A DNA stretch of 64,000 nucleotides. Origin: Mustelus asterias (taxonomy: Eukaryota). Shown here one piece after another: positions 1 through 13,203 of this stretch. Each line of letters begins with the position of its first letter. The first letter of the stretch is position 1. Position numbers and translations under genes: made by a program. The notes under the pieces were generated by a model. It was not told where the DNA came from, made no database searches, and saw only the letters and a program-made list of their open reading frames with translations. Where the stretch lies: the NCBI RefSeq assembly GCF_964213995.1, contig NW_027591538.1:1-64000 (forward strand), read 5' to 3'.

Positions 1-299
1 TTCCCCCTCAGTGTAACCCGAACAGGCGCCGGAGTGTGGGCGACTAGGGGATTCTCACAGTAACTTCATTGTAGTGTTAATGTAAGCCTACTTCTGAGAC
101 TAATAAATAAACTGAAACTGAAGGTCAAGGTGCTGCTGTGACAATGCACTCTTGTTTAAACACTCTGCAATGCTGAGACTGGGAGAAGTGACCACCAGGG
201 GGCAGCATTGCAGCTTCTGTCCCCCTATTGAAACTGGGATTGTTGCTCCATCTGCTGCACAATCCCAACCCCATCCACTGGGGGCAATCTGGACAATGG

Positions 300-660
300 C
301 TGCAGACAGACCTCACTGCGCGTGCGCCGCAATGACACCCACCGCCGGCGGCCATCTTGCGTTGCCAAGGGAGACGGCCAGCGGCCATATTCCGTTGCCA
401 AGGGAGACGGCGGCGGCGACCATCTTGCGTTGCCAGGGGAGACGGCATCGATGCGGCGGCGTCCGCGCGCGCTGACCTCTGGGAGCATTCCCGTCCCGCA
501 CATGCGCACAGGCCGCCCCGCCCCCTAGACAGAACCGCTGTTGTCCCGCCAACGAGCATGGGGCCGGGCCGGAGTGGGCAAGAGGTGACACTGGGGAGGA
601 GCAGCCCCCCCCTGGGAGCGTTACAGCGACGCCTGGTGGCCAGGAAGGGCAATAGCAGCA
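300..660. promoter_or_regulatory. CpG-island promoter-like block with 3 tandem YY1+RFX X-box units and NRF1-like motifs (copies at about 13815-14170 and 28095-28450)
   Basis: GCCATCTT/GCCATATT (YY1, minus strand) next to GTTGCCA(A/G)GGGAGAC at 361, 394 and 429; TGCGCGTGCGC and CGCACATGCGCA; high CpG density. Confidence 0.65.
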
Positions 661-768
661 GCACAGTCTCTGCCCAAAGGCTTCCCCAGTTCAGCTGCTC
701 AGAGACACTGGGAATGTCTTCAAGTGGAAACTTCAGCTTCTCACATTCACCCCCTGTGTTCAGTCATT

Positions 769-798
769 GTTTCCTAGGCAACCTCTGTAGTGACATCA
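769..798. promoter_or_regulatory. RFX X-box + CRE-like site (copy at about 14283-14312)
   Basis: GTTTCCTAGGCAAC followed by AGTGACATCA. Confidence 0.55.
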
Positions 799-1964
799 CA
801 AACAACTTGTTCACATTGAAGGCCATGGCAATCTGGACCATTCGGCTTCAAAGCCATTGAGCTTTGAAACTTCAATTGAAATGTTGGAGTTGAGAGTTTA
901 TCGATGCAAGTCATGTTGCATGTGGAACGCTCACAATGCCACAATTAGAGCGGTGCAGACATCTCACAGGGTTGTGTGACTGGAGGAGATGTCAGAGACG
1001 GGCTGGTTAAATATAGAGGGACAGGGTCTGAAGCTAAGTTTTGGGTAAAAGGTGGCAGTGATGTTGTGACATTAATTTAGCTTCAGATAGTTGCTGGGGA
1101 GGGGGAATAGAGAGGTTGGGGAGCGATGTTTGTATTGGGGCAATCTCTCTCTCTCTCTCATCATGTATATATATCAATCCATCTCTCACTCTCTATCTCT
1201 CTTTACCCATTGTGTCCAGAGTCTTGTGAAGGCGCAGACCGGTGGCAGGTCATTGCTGCCGAGGAGGACAGCCTTCAGCGCACTGGACCTGCGTTGCTGC
1301 ACGGATAGCTCGAGGCACCTCTGCCTCCGACAGCATCACCTTCCACACGTGTGTCTCTTCTGGACTGTGTGTGTGTCGTGTGTGACTGGTGGGGACTATA
1401 CAAAGGGTTGTGAATGAAGCCCAGTCCATCACGCAAACCAGCCTCCCATCCATTGACTGTCTACACTTCCCGCTGCCCCGGAAAAGCAGCCAGCATAATT
1501 AAGGACCCCACGCACCTGGACATTCTCTCTTCCACCTTCTTCTGTCGAAAAAATACACAAAAGTCTGAGGTTATGTACCAACCGACTCAAAAACAGCTTC
1601 TTCCCTGCTGCCATCAGACTTTTGAATGGATCTGCCTCACACTAAGTTGATCTTTCTCTACACTCTCGCTATGACTGTCACACTATATTCTGCACTCTCT
1701 CCTTTCCTTCTCTATGAATGGTATGCCTTGTCTGTATAGTGCACAAGAAACAATACTTTTCACTGTATATTAATGTGATAAGAATAAATCAAGTCAAACT
1801 GATGTGAGTAAAGATATTGATGTATCCACCCTGGTAATGGTCAGTGCAGAGGCAGGAAAAGTGCCCGAAACATCAAGATAAAAGTTCACCCCAGAGGAAA
1901 TAAGAGCTCCAAGGGTTAATGACAATTAACACTGAGTAGCTGCTCATTTTAATTTAAGGGGCTT

Positions 1965-2297
1965 CATAGAAATCATAGAAACCCTACAGTGCAGAAGGAG
2001 GCCATTCGGCCCATCGAGTCTGCACCGACCACAATCCCACCCAGGCCCTACCCCCACATATTTACCCGCTAATCCCACTAACCCACGCATCTCAGGACTC
2101 TAAGGGGCAATTTTTAACCCGGCCAATCAACCTAACCCGCACATCTTTGGCCTGTGGGAGGAAACCGGAGCACCCGGAGGAAACCCACGCAGACACGAGG
2201 AGAATGTGCAAACTCCACACAGACAGTGACCCGAGCCGGGAATTGAACCCAGGAGCTGTGAAGCAGCAGTGCTAACCACTGTGCTACCGTGCCGCCC
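1965..2297 (-). mobile_element. HE1-type V-SINE (paralog 15476-15809)
   Basis: tRNA-like head GGCGGCACGGTAGCACAGTGGTTAGCACTG, V-domain GTGTCTGCGTGGGTTTCCTCCGGGTGCTCCGGTTTCCTCCCACAG, CR1-like tail with (TTCTATGA)n. Confidence 0.9.
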
Positions 2298-2773
2298 ATT
2301 GCTGAGACAGAACAAGGTATAACAACGGCAGAGTTCAGGGAAGTTGACAAATTATTTAAAAACACATTATTTAAACCCCCTCAAATGATTCAAATGAGTA
2401 GTTTGTGAGTGACGAGATAGACTCAATATTAGAAAACAAAATGAAAGTCCAGAATGAATAAGTTTTGACATCGCTGGAAAGAAATTAAATAAAACTCAAT
2501 CTGAATGAGATCAGGAGAAACTCCAGGGTTATGAAAAGTTCAAAGACCAAACAGGAGCAGCAAACCATTTTGCTGAAACATCAGAAGTATTTGAATGAAA
2601 TTCTGAAAATGGTTGAAGAAAATTTGGGCCAATGACCCACAGCAGGTTAGCGTGTGGAAATACTGGGAAAATCCCTGGAACAAGAGACTGAGCATTTACA
2701 GACAAGAGCTGGGAAATGGAAGTTTTGCCTCGGAGAATAAATGGAACTAAGGAGGATTCTCCAAAAGGTCAGT

Positions 2774-3080
2774 GGCGGCACGGTGGCACAGTGGTTACCA
2801 CTTCTGCCTCACGGCACCAGGGACCCGGGTTCCATTCCCAGCTTGGGTCACTGTCTGTGCGGAGTTGGCACATTCTCCCCGTGTCTTTGTGGGTTTCCTC
2901 CGGGTGCTCCGGTTTCCACCCACAGTCCAAAGATGTGCGGGTTGGGTGGATTGGCCATGATAAATTGACCCTTAGCGACAAGCTAGGGTAAATATATGGG
3001 GATAGGGCCTGGGTGGGATTGTGGGTTGGTGCAGACTCGTTGGGCCGAATGGCCTCCTCTGCACTGCAGGGATTCTATGT
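2774..3080 (+). mobile_element. HE1-type V-SINE (paralog 16286-16592)
   Basis: Same head, V-domain and tail. Confidence 0.9.
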
Positions 3081-3489
3081 ATATTGTGGTTTAGACAAAA
3101 ATACTGTGTTTACCCCAGTCCAACGCCGGCATCTCCACATCATGTTCTGCCTGAGTCAGAGGTGGAAGAAGATTCCATCAAGAGGAAATTGAATGGGAAG
3201 CTGAAGGGAAAATATTGACAGGGTTACGGGGAGAGGGTGGAGGATTGGGAATAGTGAAACTGCCCTTGCAGTGTGTCGATCCAGGCTTGACGGGCTGAAT
3301 GGCCTCCTGTGCTGTCACCATTCTATGATTCACACACAAGTTAACTTCTCAGTGTCTATTAGGCCCCACTCGTTCCTCCATGATCAGTTCCAGCATTTCA
3401 AGTTCAGATCCCAGTACTTTTTAGTTGGGGCATTGAGGAGTAAAACAGAAATAGGAATGAGAGTGTCGGTGCGCTTATGTTTTTGTATT

Positions 3490-4300
3490 TCTGTGTGTGT
3501 GTGTGTGAGAGAGAGAGAGACAGTTTCTAAGTGTGTGCAAGTGTCTATTTCAATGTGTGTTTCTGTGTGTGTGATTGTGAGTGAGTGTGTGTCTGTGTGT
3601 GTCTCTCTCTCTGTGTCTTTGTGCATGTGTGTCTGTGAGTGTGTGTTTGTGTCCCTCTGCGTGTGTGAGTGTCTGTGTGTTTCTCTCTTTGCCTGTGTGT
3701 CTGTGTGTGTGTCTCTCTCTCTGTGTCTTTGTGCATGTGTGTCTGTGAGTGTGTGTTTGTGTCCCTCTGCGTGTGTGTCCGTGAGTGTCTGTGTGTTTCT
3801 CTCTTTGTCTGTGTGTGTGTGTGTCTGTGTGTGTGTCTCTCTCTGTGTCTTTGTGCATGTGTGTCTGTGAGTGTGTGTTTGTGTCTCTCTGCGTGTGTGC
3901 GTGTGTGTCCGTGAATGTGCGTTTGTGTCTCTGTGTGTGTGTCCGTGAGTGTCTGTGTGCCTCTCTCTTTGTCTGTGTGTATGTGTGTGTGTGTGTGTTT
4001 GTCATGATCTGTGTGAGTGGGGGAGCAGGCTCGATGGGTCAAATGGCCTCCAACTGCACATATTTGAGATTCAAATACATNNNNNNNNNNNNNNNNNNNN
4101 NNNNNNNNNNNNNNNNNNNNNNNNNNNNNNNNNNNNNNNNNNNNNNNNNNNNNNNNNNNNNNNNNNNNNNNNNNNNNNNNNNNNNNNNNNNNNNNNNNNN
4201 NNNNNNNNNNNNNNNNNNNNNNNGACCGACACACACAGACAGACACAGACACACACACAGACACACTCACACAGACACACTCACACAGACACACACACAC
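3490..4300. repeat. Compound (TG/TC)n low-complexity repeat with assembly gap 4081-4223 (paralog about 17000-17890)
   Basis: Direct reading of sequence. Confidence 0.95.
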
Positions 4301-6265
4301 AGAAAGATATACACAGTATTGACATATTTATTGACCATTTAATGTGACTGAATGCTACACATCCTGGTTTGCCGATGACACAAAACATTAGACAGCATTG
4401 TAAGCAGCGTAGCTGGAAACATCACATTGCAAAGAGTTATTCATATTTTGTACATGGACAAAACTGGTGGAGAGGTTTCAGTGCAGGGAAATGTAAACTG
4501 ACACAACTTAGATTTAAAAGGGATAGAACAGCGTACTTTAATAAATGATGAAATGACAGAAACAGTGGAAGCTCCAAATGTCCAGATATTTCACAGCTGG
4601 ATTCACACAAAACACACAGCAATGGATCTGATATTGCGGAATTGTTGTAAATGTGGTGAATCTCAGTACGGAGGCTGTCTTCATGTTACAATGTTAATCT
4701 GATCACTCTCATCAAAACAGACTCAACATTTCTGTACAATGTGAGTGAATCATCAGCTCAAATAGTTCAGGTTCAATGTTTAAAATAACCAGTCACTTTT
4801 CTGTGGCTGCTTTGGGAGTGTCAGTGGAATGTAGTTCACAGTAAAGTGTGAACAATTGTATTGGGGAATAATTGGAAGCAGTTTCCATTGAGAGCTTCCT
4901 GCATTCTGGAAATGTGTGTGATCCATTCAGAGATAGGAAATGGACGGATGAATAAAGATGCAGTTTGTTGTTAATTACATGAGATTGTCTGCCTTGAAGA
5001 TTCACAAGTTCCATGTGCTGAGAGAAAGGAATGAATGATTAAACAATGTCTGTAATTCAAATCCTTCAGACAAGTGAAAAAGCAGGAGAACAACTGAATC
5101 CACAAACGCTGCCACAGACAGTATTCGAAGCTTCAACTTCATGTTTGAATGTGAAGGGCTGATTGAAATAAACAGGAGGCCACATTGGGATGCTGAGCAA
5201 TTTGATTCCTGTTTTTCCTCAACTTCAAAATAAAAATCTGTGATGAAACATTCCTTGGACAGAGCAGAGGGAATTTTACTCTGTATTTAGCCCATTACAG
5301 TATTTGTGTTGGGAACATTTGATGAACAGTGCAGATTAAACATTATTCTTAACCGCTGGAATTTAAGTTGGGGGCTGATTTAATCAAACATTGAAAATAA
5401 TGAGGGAAAGGGGGAGGCTGATAAAGAACAAGTTTTTTCTGCTGGCTGGGAACTCTTGTCACAAGCCTACTTGTGACACTAATAAATAACATTGAAACTG
5501 TATAAAGTGTTATATACACAGATACAGTGCTGAGGTAAAGAGAAATGGAGACATGCTCCACATTCATCACCCAGACATGGTCTAGTTTATTTTTTATAAA
5601 GAGTGACATGGTTAAATGCAGTGATAATTGAAGCAGGTTCCCTCCCTAACAGCACTGTGGGTGTACCTACACCACATAGATAGCAGCGGGTTCAAGACGG
5701 CAGCTCACCACCACCTTCTCCAGGGCAACTAGGAATGGGCAATAAATGCTGACCTAGCCAGTGACACCCACATCACAAGAATCAATAAATATTCATCTAA
5801 CCCAGCACATTGTCCAATGAAATATCAATCCATACATGGTATTAATACAGTGAGAACTCAAAAAGGGTTGATTGTAGTGTCCACAGCAGCATGGTGTAAT
5901 GTAGTATTCACTGAGACAACTGAGCGTATAAACAGCGACTGGGTTGAGTGCAGTGATAACTGGGAAAGGAGCGAATATCCGGGATTCTCCGGCTGTTCAC
6001 TCGTGGGGAATTCTCTGCTCTCGTTCCCCTGCCTCTGGTTTCCTGCTAGCGTGAGGTGACTTCAATGGGAAATCCCATTGACAGCGACAGGACCAAAAAC
6101 TCCCTCTGCAAGTGAACGGTGTGTCACCTCACTGCCCAGAAAGCTGCTGAGGGGAGACTGGAGGATCCCAGAAACTATGTTAAAAACAGCCACATTGGCA
6201 ACAGCAGGAAAATATTACATCCCAAACTCAGTAATATTCACAATGATATTCTCCAATCAGCTGAA

Positions 6266-8251
6266 GGGCAGAGTTTACTGATACAAGACCCAGATTGTAA
6301 TAACTGAGAGAGGTTTAGGGCAGAGATTACTGATACCAGGCCCAGATTGTAATAACAGAGAGGTTCAGGGTAGAGATTACTAATACAATGCCCAGATTGT
6401 AATAACTGAGAGAGGTTTCGGGCAGAGATTACTGATACAGTGCCCAGATTGTCATAACAGAGAGGTTTAGGGCAGAGATTACTGATACCAGGCCCAGATT
6501 GTAATAACAGAGAGGTTTAGGGCAGAGATTACTGATACCAGGCCCAGATTGTAATAACAGAGAGGTTTAGGGCAGAGATTACTGATACCAGGCCCAGATT
6601 GTAATCACTGAGAGAGGTTTAGGGCAACGTTTACTGAATCAAGGCCCAGATTGTAATAACTGGGAGAGTTGTAGGGCAGAGATTACTGATACAAAGCCCA
6701 GATTGTTATAACTGAGAGAGGTTTCAGGCAGAGATTACTGATACAAGGCCCAGATTGTCGTAACTGAGAGAGGTTTTGTGCAGAGATTACTGATACAAGT
6801 CCCAGAGTGTAATAACTGAGAGAGGTTTAGGGGTGAGATTACTGATACAAAGCCCAGATTGTAATAACTGAGAGAGGTTTAGGGCAGGGATTACTGATAC
6901 AAAGCCCAGATTGTAATAACTGAGAGAGGTTTAGGGCAGAGATTACTGCTACAAATCCCAGATTGTAATAACTGAGAGAAGTTTAAGGCAGAGATTACTG
7001 ATATAAGTCCCAGATTGTAATAACTGAGAGAGGTTTTGTGCAGAGATTACAGATACAAGTCCCAGATTGTAATAACTGAGAGAGGTTTAGGGCAGAGATT
7101 ACTGATACAAGGCCCATATTGTAATAACCGAGAGAGGTTTAGGGCAGAGATTACTGATACAAGGCCCAGATTGTAATAACTGAGAGAGGTTTAGGGCAGT
7201 GTTTACTGACACCAGGCCCAGATTGTAACAACTTGAAGAGGTTTCGGGCAGAGATTACTGATACAAGGCCCAGATTGTAATAACTGAGAGTGGTTTAAGG
7301 CAGAGATTACTGATACAAGGTCCAGATTGAAATAACTCAGAGAGGTTTGGGTCAGAGTTTACTGATACAAGGCCCAGATTGTAATAACTGAGAAAGGTTT
7401 AGGGCAGAGATTACTGATACAAGGCCCAGATTGTAATAACTGAGAGAGATTTCGGGCAGAGTTTACTGATACAAGGCCCAGTTTGTAATAACTGAGAGAG
7501 GTTTAGGGCAGAGATTACTGATACAAGTCCCAGATTGTAATAACTGAGAGGTTTCGGGCAGAGATTACTGATACCAGGCCCAGATTGTAATAACTGAGAG
7601 AGGTTTAGGGCAGAGATTACTGATACAAGGCCCAAATTGTAATAACTGAGAGAGGTTTCAGGCAGAGATTACTGATACAAGGCCCAAATTGTAATAACTG
7701 AGAGAGGTTTCGGGCAGAGATTACTGATACCAGGCCCAGATTGTAATAACTGAGAGAGGTTTCGGGCAGAGATTACTGATACAAGGCCCAGATTGTAATA
7801 ACTGAGAGAGGTTTAGGGCAGAGATTACTGATACAAGGCCCAAATTGTAATAACTGAGAGAGGTTTAGGGCAGAGATTACTGATACAAGTCCCAGATTGT
7901 AATAACTGAGAGAGGTTTAGGGCAGAGATTACTGATACAAGTCCCAGATTGTAATAACTGAGAGAGGTTTAGGGCAGAGATTCCTGATACAAGGCCCAGA
8001 TTGTAATAACTGAGAGAGGTTTAGGGCAGTGTTTACTGACACCAGGCCCAGATTGTAATAACTTGAAGAGGTTTAGGGCAGAGATTACTGATACAAGGCC
8101 CAGATTGTAATAACTGAGAGAGGTTTCGGGCAGAGTTCACTGATACAAGGCCCAGATTGTAATAACTGAGAGAGGTTTCGGGCAGAGATTACTGATACCA
8201 GGCCCAGATTGTAATAACTGAGAGTGGTTTCGGGCAGAGTTGACTGATACA
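6266..8251. repeat. 52-bp minisatellite, roughly 38 units
   Basis: Consensus GGGCAGAGATTACTGATACAAGGCCCAGATTGTAATAACTGAGAGAGGTTTA with 49-50 bp length variants. Confidence 0.97.
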
Positions 8252-8369
8252 TGATCCCGGCAGGATTTACTGTTTGGTAATCCAGCTGTTTGGCCCCGTT
8301 ATGAGCACACCTTCCATGGCCATCAAGTCCGGAAGTCGGCCTTGAACCCTTGAAGAATGAGAGGCGATC

Positions 8370-8610
8370 CCATTGAAACAGACTTAAAATTCTTACAGGC
8401 TGTGACAGGGTGGATGTAGATTGGATGTTTCCCCTGGCTGGTGAGACTAGAACCAGGGGACACAATCTCAGAATCAGGGGCAGACCATTGAAGACTGAGA
8501 TGAGGAGGAATTTCTTCACTCAGAGGGTGGTGAATCTTTGGAATTTTCTATTCCAGGGGGATGTGGAAGCCCAATCATTCAGCATGTTCAAGACGCAAAT
8601 CGATTGTGTG
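8370..8610 (+). mobile_element. CR1/HER1 LINE fragment (paralog about 22290-22529)
   Basis: TRTRGHNLRIRG...FFTQRVVNLWN. Confidence 0.82.
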
Positions 8611-8747
8611 AAATAAAATAGGAATCTGTGTGTGTGTGTGTTTGTGTGTGTGTGCGTGTGTGTGTGTGTGTGGACATGTTTCCGTGTGTGTTTATTACTG
8701 TGTGCGTCTGAGTGTTACTGGGTGAGAATATCTGTTTCTCTGTGTTT

Positions 8748-9060
8748 TCATAGAATCCTAGACTCCTGCAGTGCAGAAGGAGGCCATTTGGCCCATTGAG
8801 TCTGCACCGACCACAATCCCACCCAGGCCCTATCCCCATTACCCCATGCATTTACCCGAGCTAGTCTCCCTGACGCGGAGGGACAATTTAGCACGGCCAA
8901 TGCACCCTAACCAGAACGTCTTTCAGACTGTGGGAGGAAACCGGAGCACCCGGAGGAAACCCACGCAGACACGGGGAGAACGTGCAAACTCCGCACAGAC
9001 AGTGACCCAAGCCGGGAACCGAACCCGAGTCCCTGGCACTGTGAGGCAGCAGTGCTAACT
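8748..9060 (-). mobile_element. HE1-type V-SINE (paralog about 22718-23029)
   Basis: Same head, V-domain and tail. Confidence 0.88.
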
Positions 9061-9290
9061 GTGTGTTTGATGTGTGTGTTTCTGTGTGTTTGTGTGTGTG
9101 TGTTTATTGTGTTTGTGTGTGTGATTTGTGTGTGTGCTTTTTGCGCGTGATTTGTGTGTGTGCTTTGTGTGTGCGTGCTTTGTGTGTGTGCGTGCTTTGT
9201 GTGTGTGCGTGCTTTGTGTGTGTGCGTGCTTTGTGTGTGTGCGTGTTCTGTGTGTGTTGGTGTGCGTGTTTTGTGTGCGTACGTGCACCA
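9060..9290. repeat. (TG)-rich low-complexity repeat (paralog about 23400-23575)
   Basis: Direct reading of sequence. Confidence 0.9.
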
Positions 9291-10274
9291 TGATCCGTTT
9301 GAATGCTGGCGCAGGATCGATGGGCCAAATGGCCTACACCTGCTCCTATTTTCCTTTGAGATTTAAATACATTGACACACATGCACGCTGACACACACAC
9401 ACAGAAAGATATACACAGTGTGGACGTATTTATTGACCACTTAATGTGACTGCTACACATCCCAGTTTACCAAAGACACACAATATTCAGCAGCATTGTA
9501 AACAGCGCAGCTGGAAACATCAAATTGGGGATTTGGTTTGAAAAAGGGTCAAAGCCTCTCTTGCTAAAGGCTGTTTGTCTATATTGTGCTGACTGTGATA
9601 CACTGCCATCCTCTGCTGCCTGCTGGACACTGCTCCAGCCGCAGAGAGAGTGAAGTAGATCAGAAACTCACTGGGAGAGAATGCAGCTTCACACAGTATC
9701 CATCCAAAATGACAGGAGCATCAGCACACACACACAAGCTCCGTGTGGAGACTGAGAGGGGCTCAGTGTGGAACACAAACCTTCACACTAAACCTGGAAG
9801 GACATTGATAAAGAGTTTAAAACAAATCTGTCAGGAGGAGAGGGTGCAGAATACAGTGTTGCAGTTACCGATACGGTATAGAGAAAGATCAGCTTAATAT
9901 ATGGTAGGTCCACTCAAAAATTAACATTCTGACCAAACACTCAAGCTTTCCACAAAACAAGGCTCACAAATTCAACACCACTTTCCTTTGTCCGCTCTCC
10001 CATCATGCTGTGCGCGGAGTCTCTGATCGATGCTAAGGGCCTAGTATTTGAGGCTCTGAGCTGAACCCACAATCTGTCTGATTCTGAGGGAAGATTACTG
10101 CCACTCAGATACAGCTGGCTGCAATATCCCCTTGAAATATATCTGTTGTGTAAAGAGCCACATGTTTTTTTTCCCCTGTGTCTGCTGTCCTTAAAGAACT
10201 ATTGAATAATCTAAACATCCGCATTAATTATCACAGAACAAGGCCAACATGAAAGAATCGAGTATCGGGTTTAA

Positions 10275-10570
10275 AAGTTTATTTATTAGTGTCACAAGTA
10301 GGGTTACATTAACACTGCAATGAAGTTACTGTGGAAAATCCGTAGTCGCCATGCTCTGGCGCCTGTTTGGGCAACTTGGGGAGAATTTAGCATGGCTGAT
10401 ACACCTAACCAGCGCGTCTTTCGAACTGTGGGAGGAAACCGCAGCACCCGGTGGAAACCCACGCAGACACGGGGAGAATGTACAAACTCCACACTGACAG
10501 TGACCCAAGCCAGGAATCAAACCCGGGTCCCTGGCGCTGTGAGGCAGCAGTGCTAACCACTGTGCTGCCC
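10275..10570 (-). mobile_element. V-SINE with alternative 3' tail (paralog about 24567-24862; related plus-strand copies at 1-118, 13423-13630, 27703-27910)
   Basis: HE1-like head and V-domain; tail ...CAGTAACTTCATTGCAGTGTTAATGTAA...TAATAAATAAAC. Confidence 0.82.
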
Positions 10571-10684
10571 CTCATCGAAACATTGTGCAGTTGTGGAATG
10601 CACAGGATAGGAGGGATGTGATAGCACTGGAAAAGGTGCAGAGGAGATTCACCAGGATGTTGCCTGGCCTGGAGAGTTTTAGTT

Positions 10685-10978
10685 CATAGAATCATAGAAT
10701 CCCTACAGTCCAGAATGAGGCCATTCGACCCATCAAATCTGCACGGACTCTTACCCAGGCTTACCCCGTAACCCCACGTATTTTCCCGCTAATCCCCCTA
10801 ACCTATACATCGTGGGACCCTCAGGGCAATTTTGCATGGACAATGCACCCGGGGGAAACCCACGCAGACATGGGGAGAATGTGCAAACTCCACACAGACA
10901 GTAACCCGAGGCCGGAATTGAACCCGGGTCCCTGGCGCTGTGAGGCAGCAGTGCTAACCACTGTGCTACCGTGCCGCC
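10685..10978 (-). mobile_element. HE1-type V-SINE with internal deletion, inserted in a CR1 fragment (paralog about 24977-25270)
   Basis: Head and tail present; part of the V-domain is missing. Confidence 0.85.
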
Positions 10979-11146
10979 ACTCGAACTGAAGAGAGATTTT
11001 ATAGACTGAGGGTGTGATCTTACCACCTGTTGACGCCACACTCCCGCTCAGCGAGGTCGGAGAATCTGGTGACTTGCCAAATCTCCTTTCACTGCAGTGG
11101 GATGGGAAAATCCTGCCGGCCTGAACAGTAATAAGATTCCACCCTG

Positions 11147-11525
11147 GGGTTGTTTTCCGTGGAGCAGAGGAGGCTGAGGGGGAACATGATGGAGATGGAT
11201 AAGATTATGAGGGACATCGATAGAGTAGACGGGAAGAAAGCTTTCCCCTTGGTGGTGGGATCAATGACCAGGGGGTATAGATTTAGGGTAAGGGGCAGGA
11301 GGTTTACAGGGGATGTGAGGAAAACCTTTTTCACCCAGAGGGTGGTGGGAGTCTGGAACTCTCTGCCTGAAAGGGTGGTGGAGGCAGAGACCCTCAGAAC
11401 GTTTATGAAGTGCTTAGCTATGCATTTGCAATGCCAAGGCTTACCAGGCCGTGAGCCACGTTGAGTGATTTGTCTTTGACCGGCACAGATGCAATGGGCC
11501 GAAGGGCCTTTTCTGTTCTCTAGAC
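11147..11525 (+). mobile_element. CR1/HER1 LINE 3' fragment (5' part at 10575-10685; paralog about 25438-25815)
   Basis: FSVEQRRLRG...TRGYRF...FFTQRVVGVWNSLP. Confidence 0.85.
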
Positions 11526-12189
11526 CTCCATTGCTAAAACGCAACCTCACTGACCCAGCTTCTGGTCATCCATCCAAATCTCTCCCTCCACAGCTCGGGG
11601 ACAAATCCTGCCGCGCAATCTTCCTTTAAAGTGGCTTTGGACATTTCATTCTCCGTGAGGACTTGTCCGGACAGTGGTTGCTGTTGTTGTGTTTGTCTCA
11701 GTGTCAGCTCAGAAGCATGGACAACATGTTAGAAATGGCCGTCTCCCAGTGAGTGTGAGGACAGGGCAGGCTTTGAGCGAGGCCTGGGCCACTCCCTGAA
11801 GGACACAGGGCCACCATTGTGCTTTTTGCTGACAAACAGAAAGCTTTCACCCCTCCCTCTCTCTCTTGTGTCTCATCTCACTCACATTCTGCCCCTTCCA
11901 TTCACTCTGTGCTGCTTTCTGGAGGAGGCTGCCAGCTTTATCCGCCACAGAGCATCTGCCAACAAGAACATCAGATGAAACCTTCCATTCCCCAAGTCCC
12001 TCTTTCCTCTCTGCTCCTCGCTGTCTTTCCGGAGGAAATGGGATGGGAAGCTGATGGGAAAAGATTTGCAGGGCTCCAGGGACAAGGTGGAGCAGTGAGA
12101 CTGGCTCGATTGCTCTAGCAGAGAGTCGACACCAGCTGAATGGGCTGAATGGCCTCCTTCATTCTGTGGCTATTCTATGGTTGACACAC

Positions 12190-12525
12190 AATAGATAGTC
12201 AATATCTTTTCCCAAAGGTAGGGGAGTCTAAAACTCGAGGGCATGGGTTTAAGGTGAGAGGGGAGAGATACAAAAGTGTCCAGAGGGGCAATCTTTTCAC
12301 ACAGAGAGTGATGAGCGTCTGGAACAAGCTGCCAGAGGTAGTAGTAGAGACGGACACAATTTTATCTTTTAAAAAGCATTTAGACAGTTACATGGGTAAG
12401 ATAGATGTAGAGGGATATGGGCCAAATGTGGGGAATTGGGACCAGCTTAGGGGTTAAAAGAAAAAGGGCAGCATGACAAGTTGGGCCAAAGGGCCTGTTT
12501 CCATGCTGTAAACATCTATGACACT
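12190..12525 (+). mobile_element. CR1/HER1 LINE 3' fragment (paralog about 26485-26820)
   Basis: FTQRVMSVWNKLPE...FKKHLDSYM and tail. Confidence 0.8.
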
Positions 12526-12544
12526 ATGACAACTTGTCATTTGG

Positions 12545-13203
12545 GTCTCAACTTCAAGTTTCTAGGTGTCCAGATCACCAACAACACTATGCCGACACTA
12601 TAATTGTCGGCATTATAGTGCCGACACTATAATTGAGAAAGCCCACCAACACGTCTACTTTCTCAGGAGGCTAAGGAAATTTGGCATGTCAGCTACGACT
12701 CTCACCAAGTTCTACAGATGCACCATAGAAAGCATCCTTTCTGTATCACGGCTTGGTCTGGTTTCTGCTCTGTCCAAGACTGCAAGAAATTACAAAAGGT
12801 CGTGAATGTAGCCCCGTCCATCACGCAGACTAGCCTCCCATTCATTGACTCTGTCTACACTTCCCGCGGCCTTAGAAAAGCAGCCAGCATAATTAAGGAC
12901 CTCATGCACACATTCTCTCTTCCACCTTCTTCCGTCAGGAAAAAGGTACAAAGTCTGAGATCACGTACCAACCGACTCAAGAACTTCCCGGCTGCCCTCA
13001 GACTTTTGAATGGACCTGCTACATATTAGATTTATCTTTCTCTACACCCTACCTATGACTGCAACACTACATTCTGCACCCTCTCTTTTACTTCTCCCCG
13101 ATGTACTCTATGAACGGTATGTTTTGTCTGTACAGCATACAAGAAACAATACTTTTCACTGTATCCCAATACATGCGACAGTAATAAATCAAATCAAATC
13201 AAA
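12545..13203 (+). mobile_element. Rex1/Babar LINE 3' fragment (paralog about 26835-27483; shorter fragments at about 1400-1800 and 14910-15310)
   Basis: FKFLGVQITNNLSWSPH...HVYFLRRLRKFG...FYRCTIESIL and (AAATC)n tail. Confidence 0.8.

Noticed and set aside
300-356. GGCHCGA motif (minus strand) resembling CENP-V/GFA domains
   Set aside because: Only 7 residues, overlapping promoter motifs; it is altered in the third copy and no further GFA exons were found
125-860. GC-rich ORFs of 100-180 aa on both strands
   Set aside because: Frames are not preserved among the three copies (indels near 520, 14040 and 28310); expected from the low stop density of a CpG island
6266-8251. Regular repeat array resembling a CRISPR array
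   Set aside because: The units are contiguous with no unique spacers, and this is a vertebrate genome; it is a minisatellite
8688-8725. VYYCVRLS peptide resembling a V-domain end
   Set aside because: It lies within a TG-rich repeat with no upstream WYRQ/Cys and no RSS
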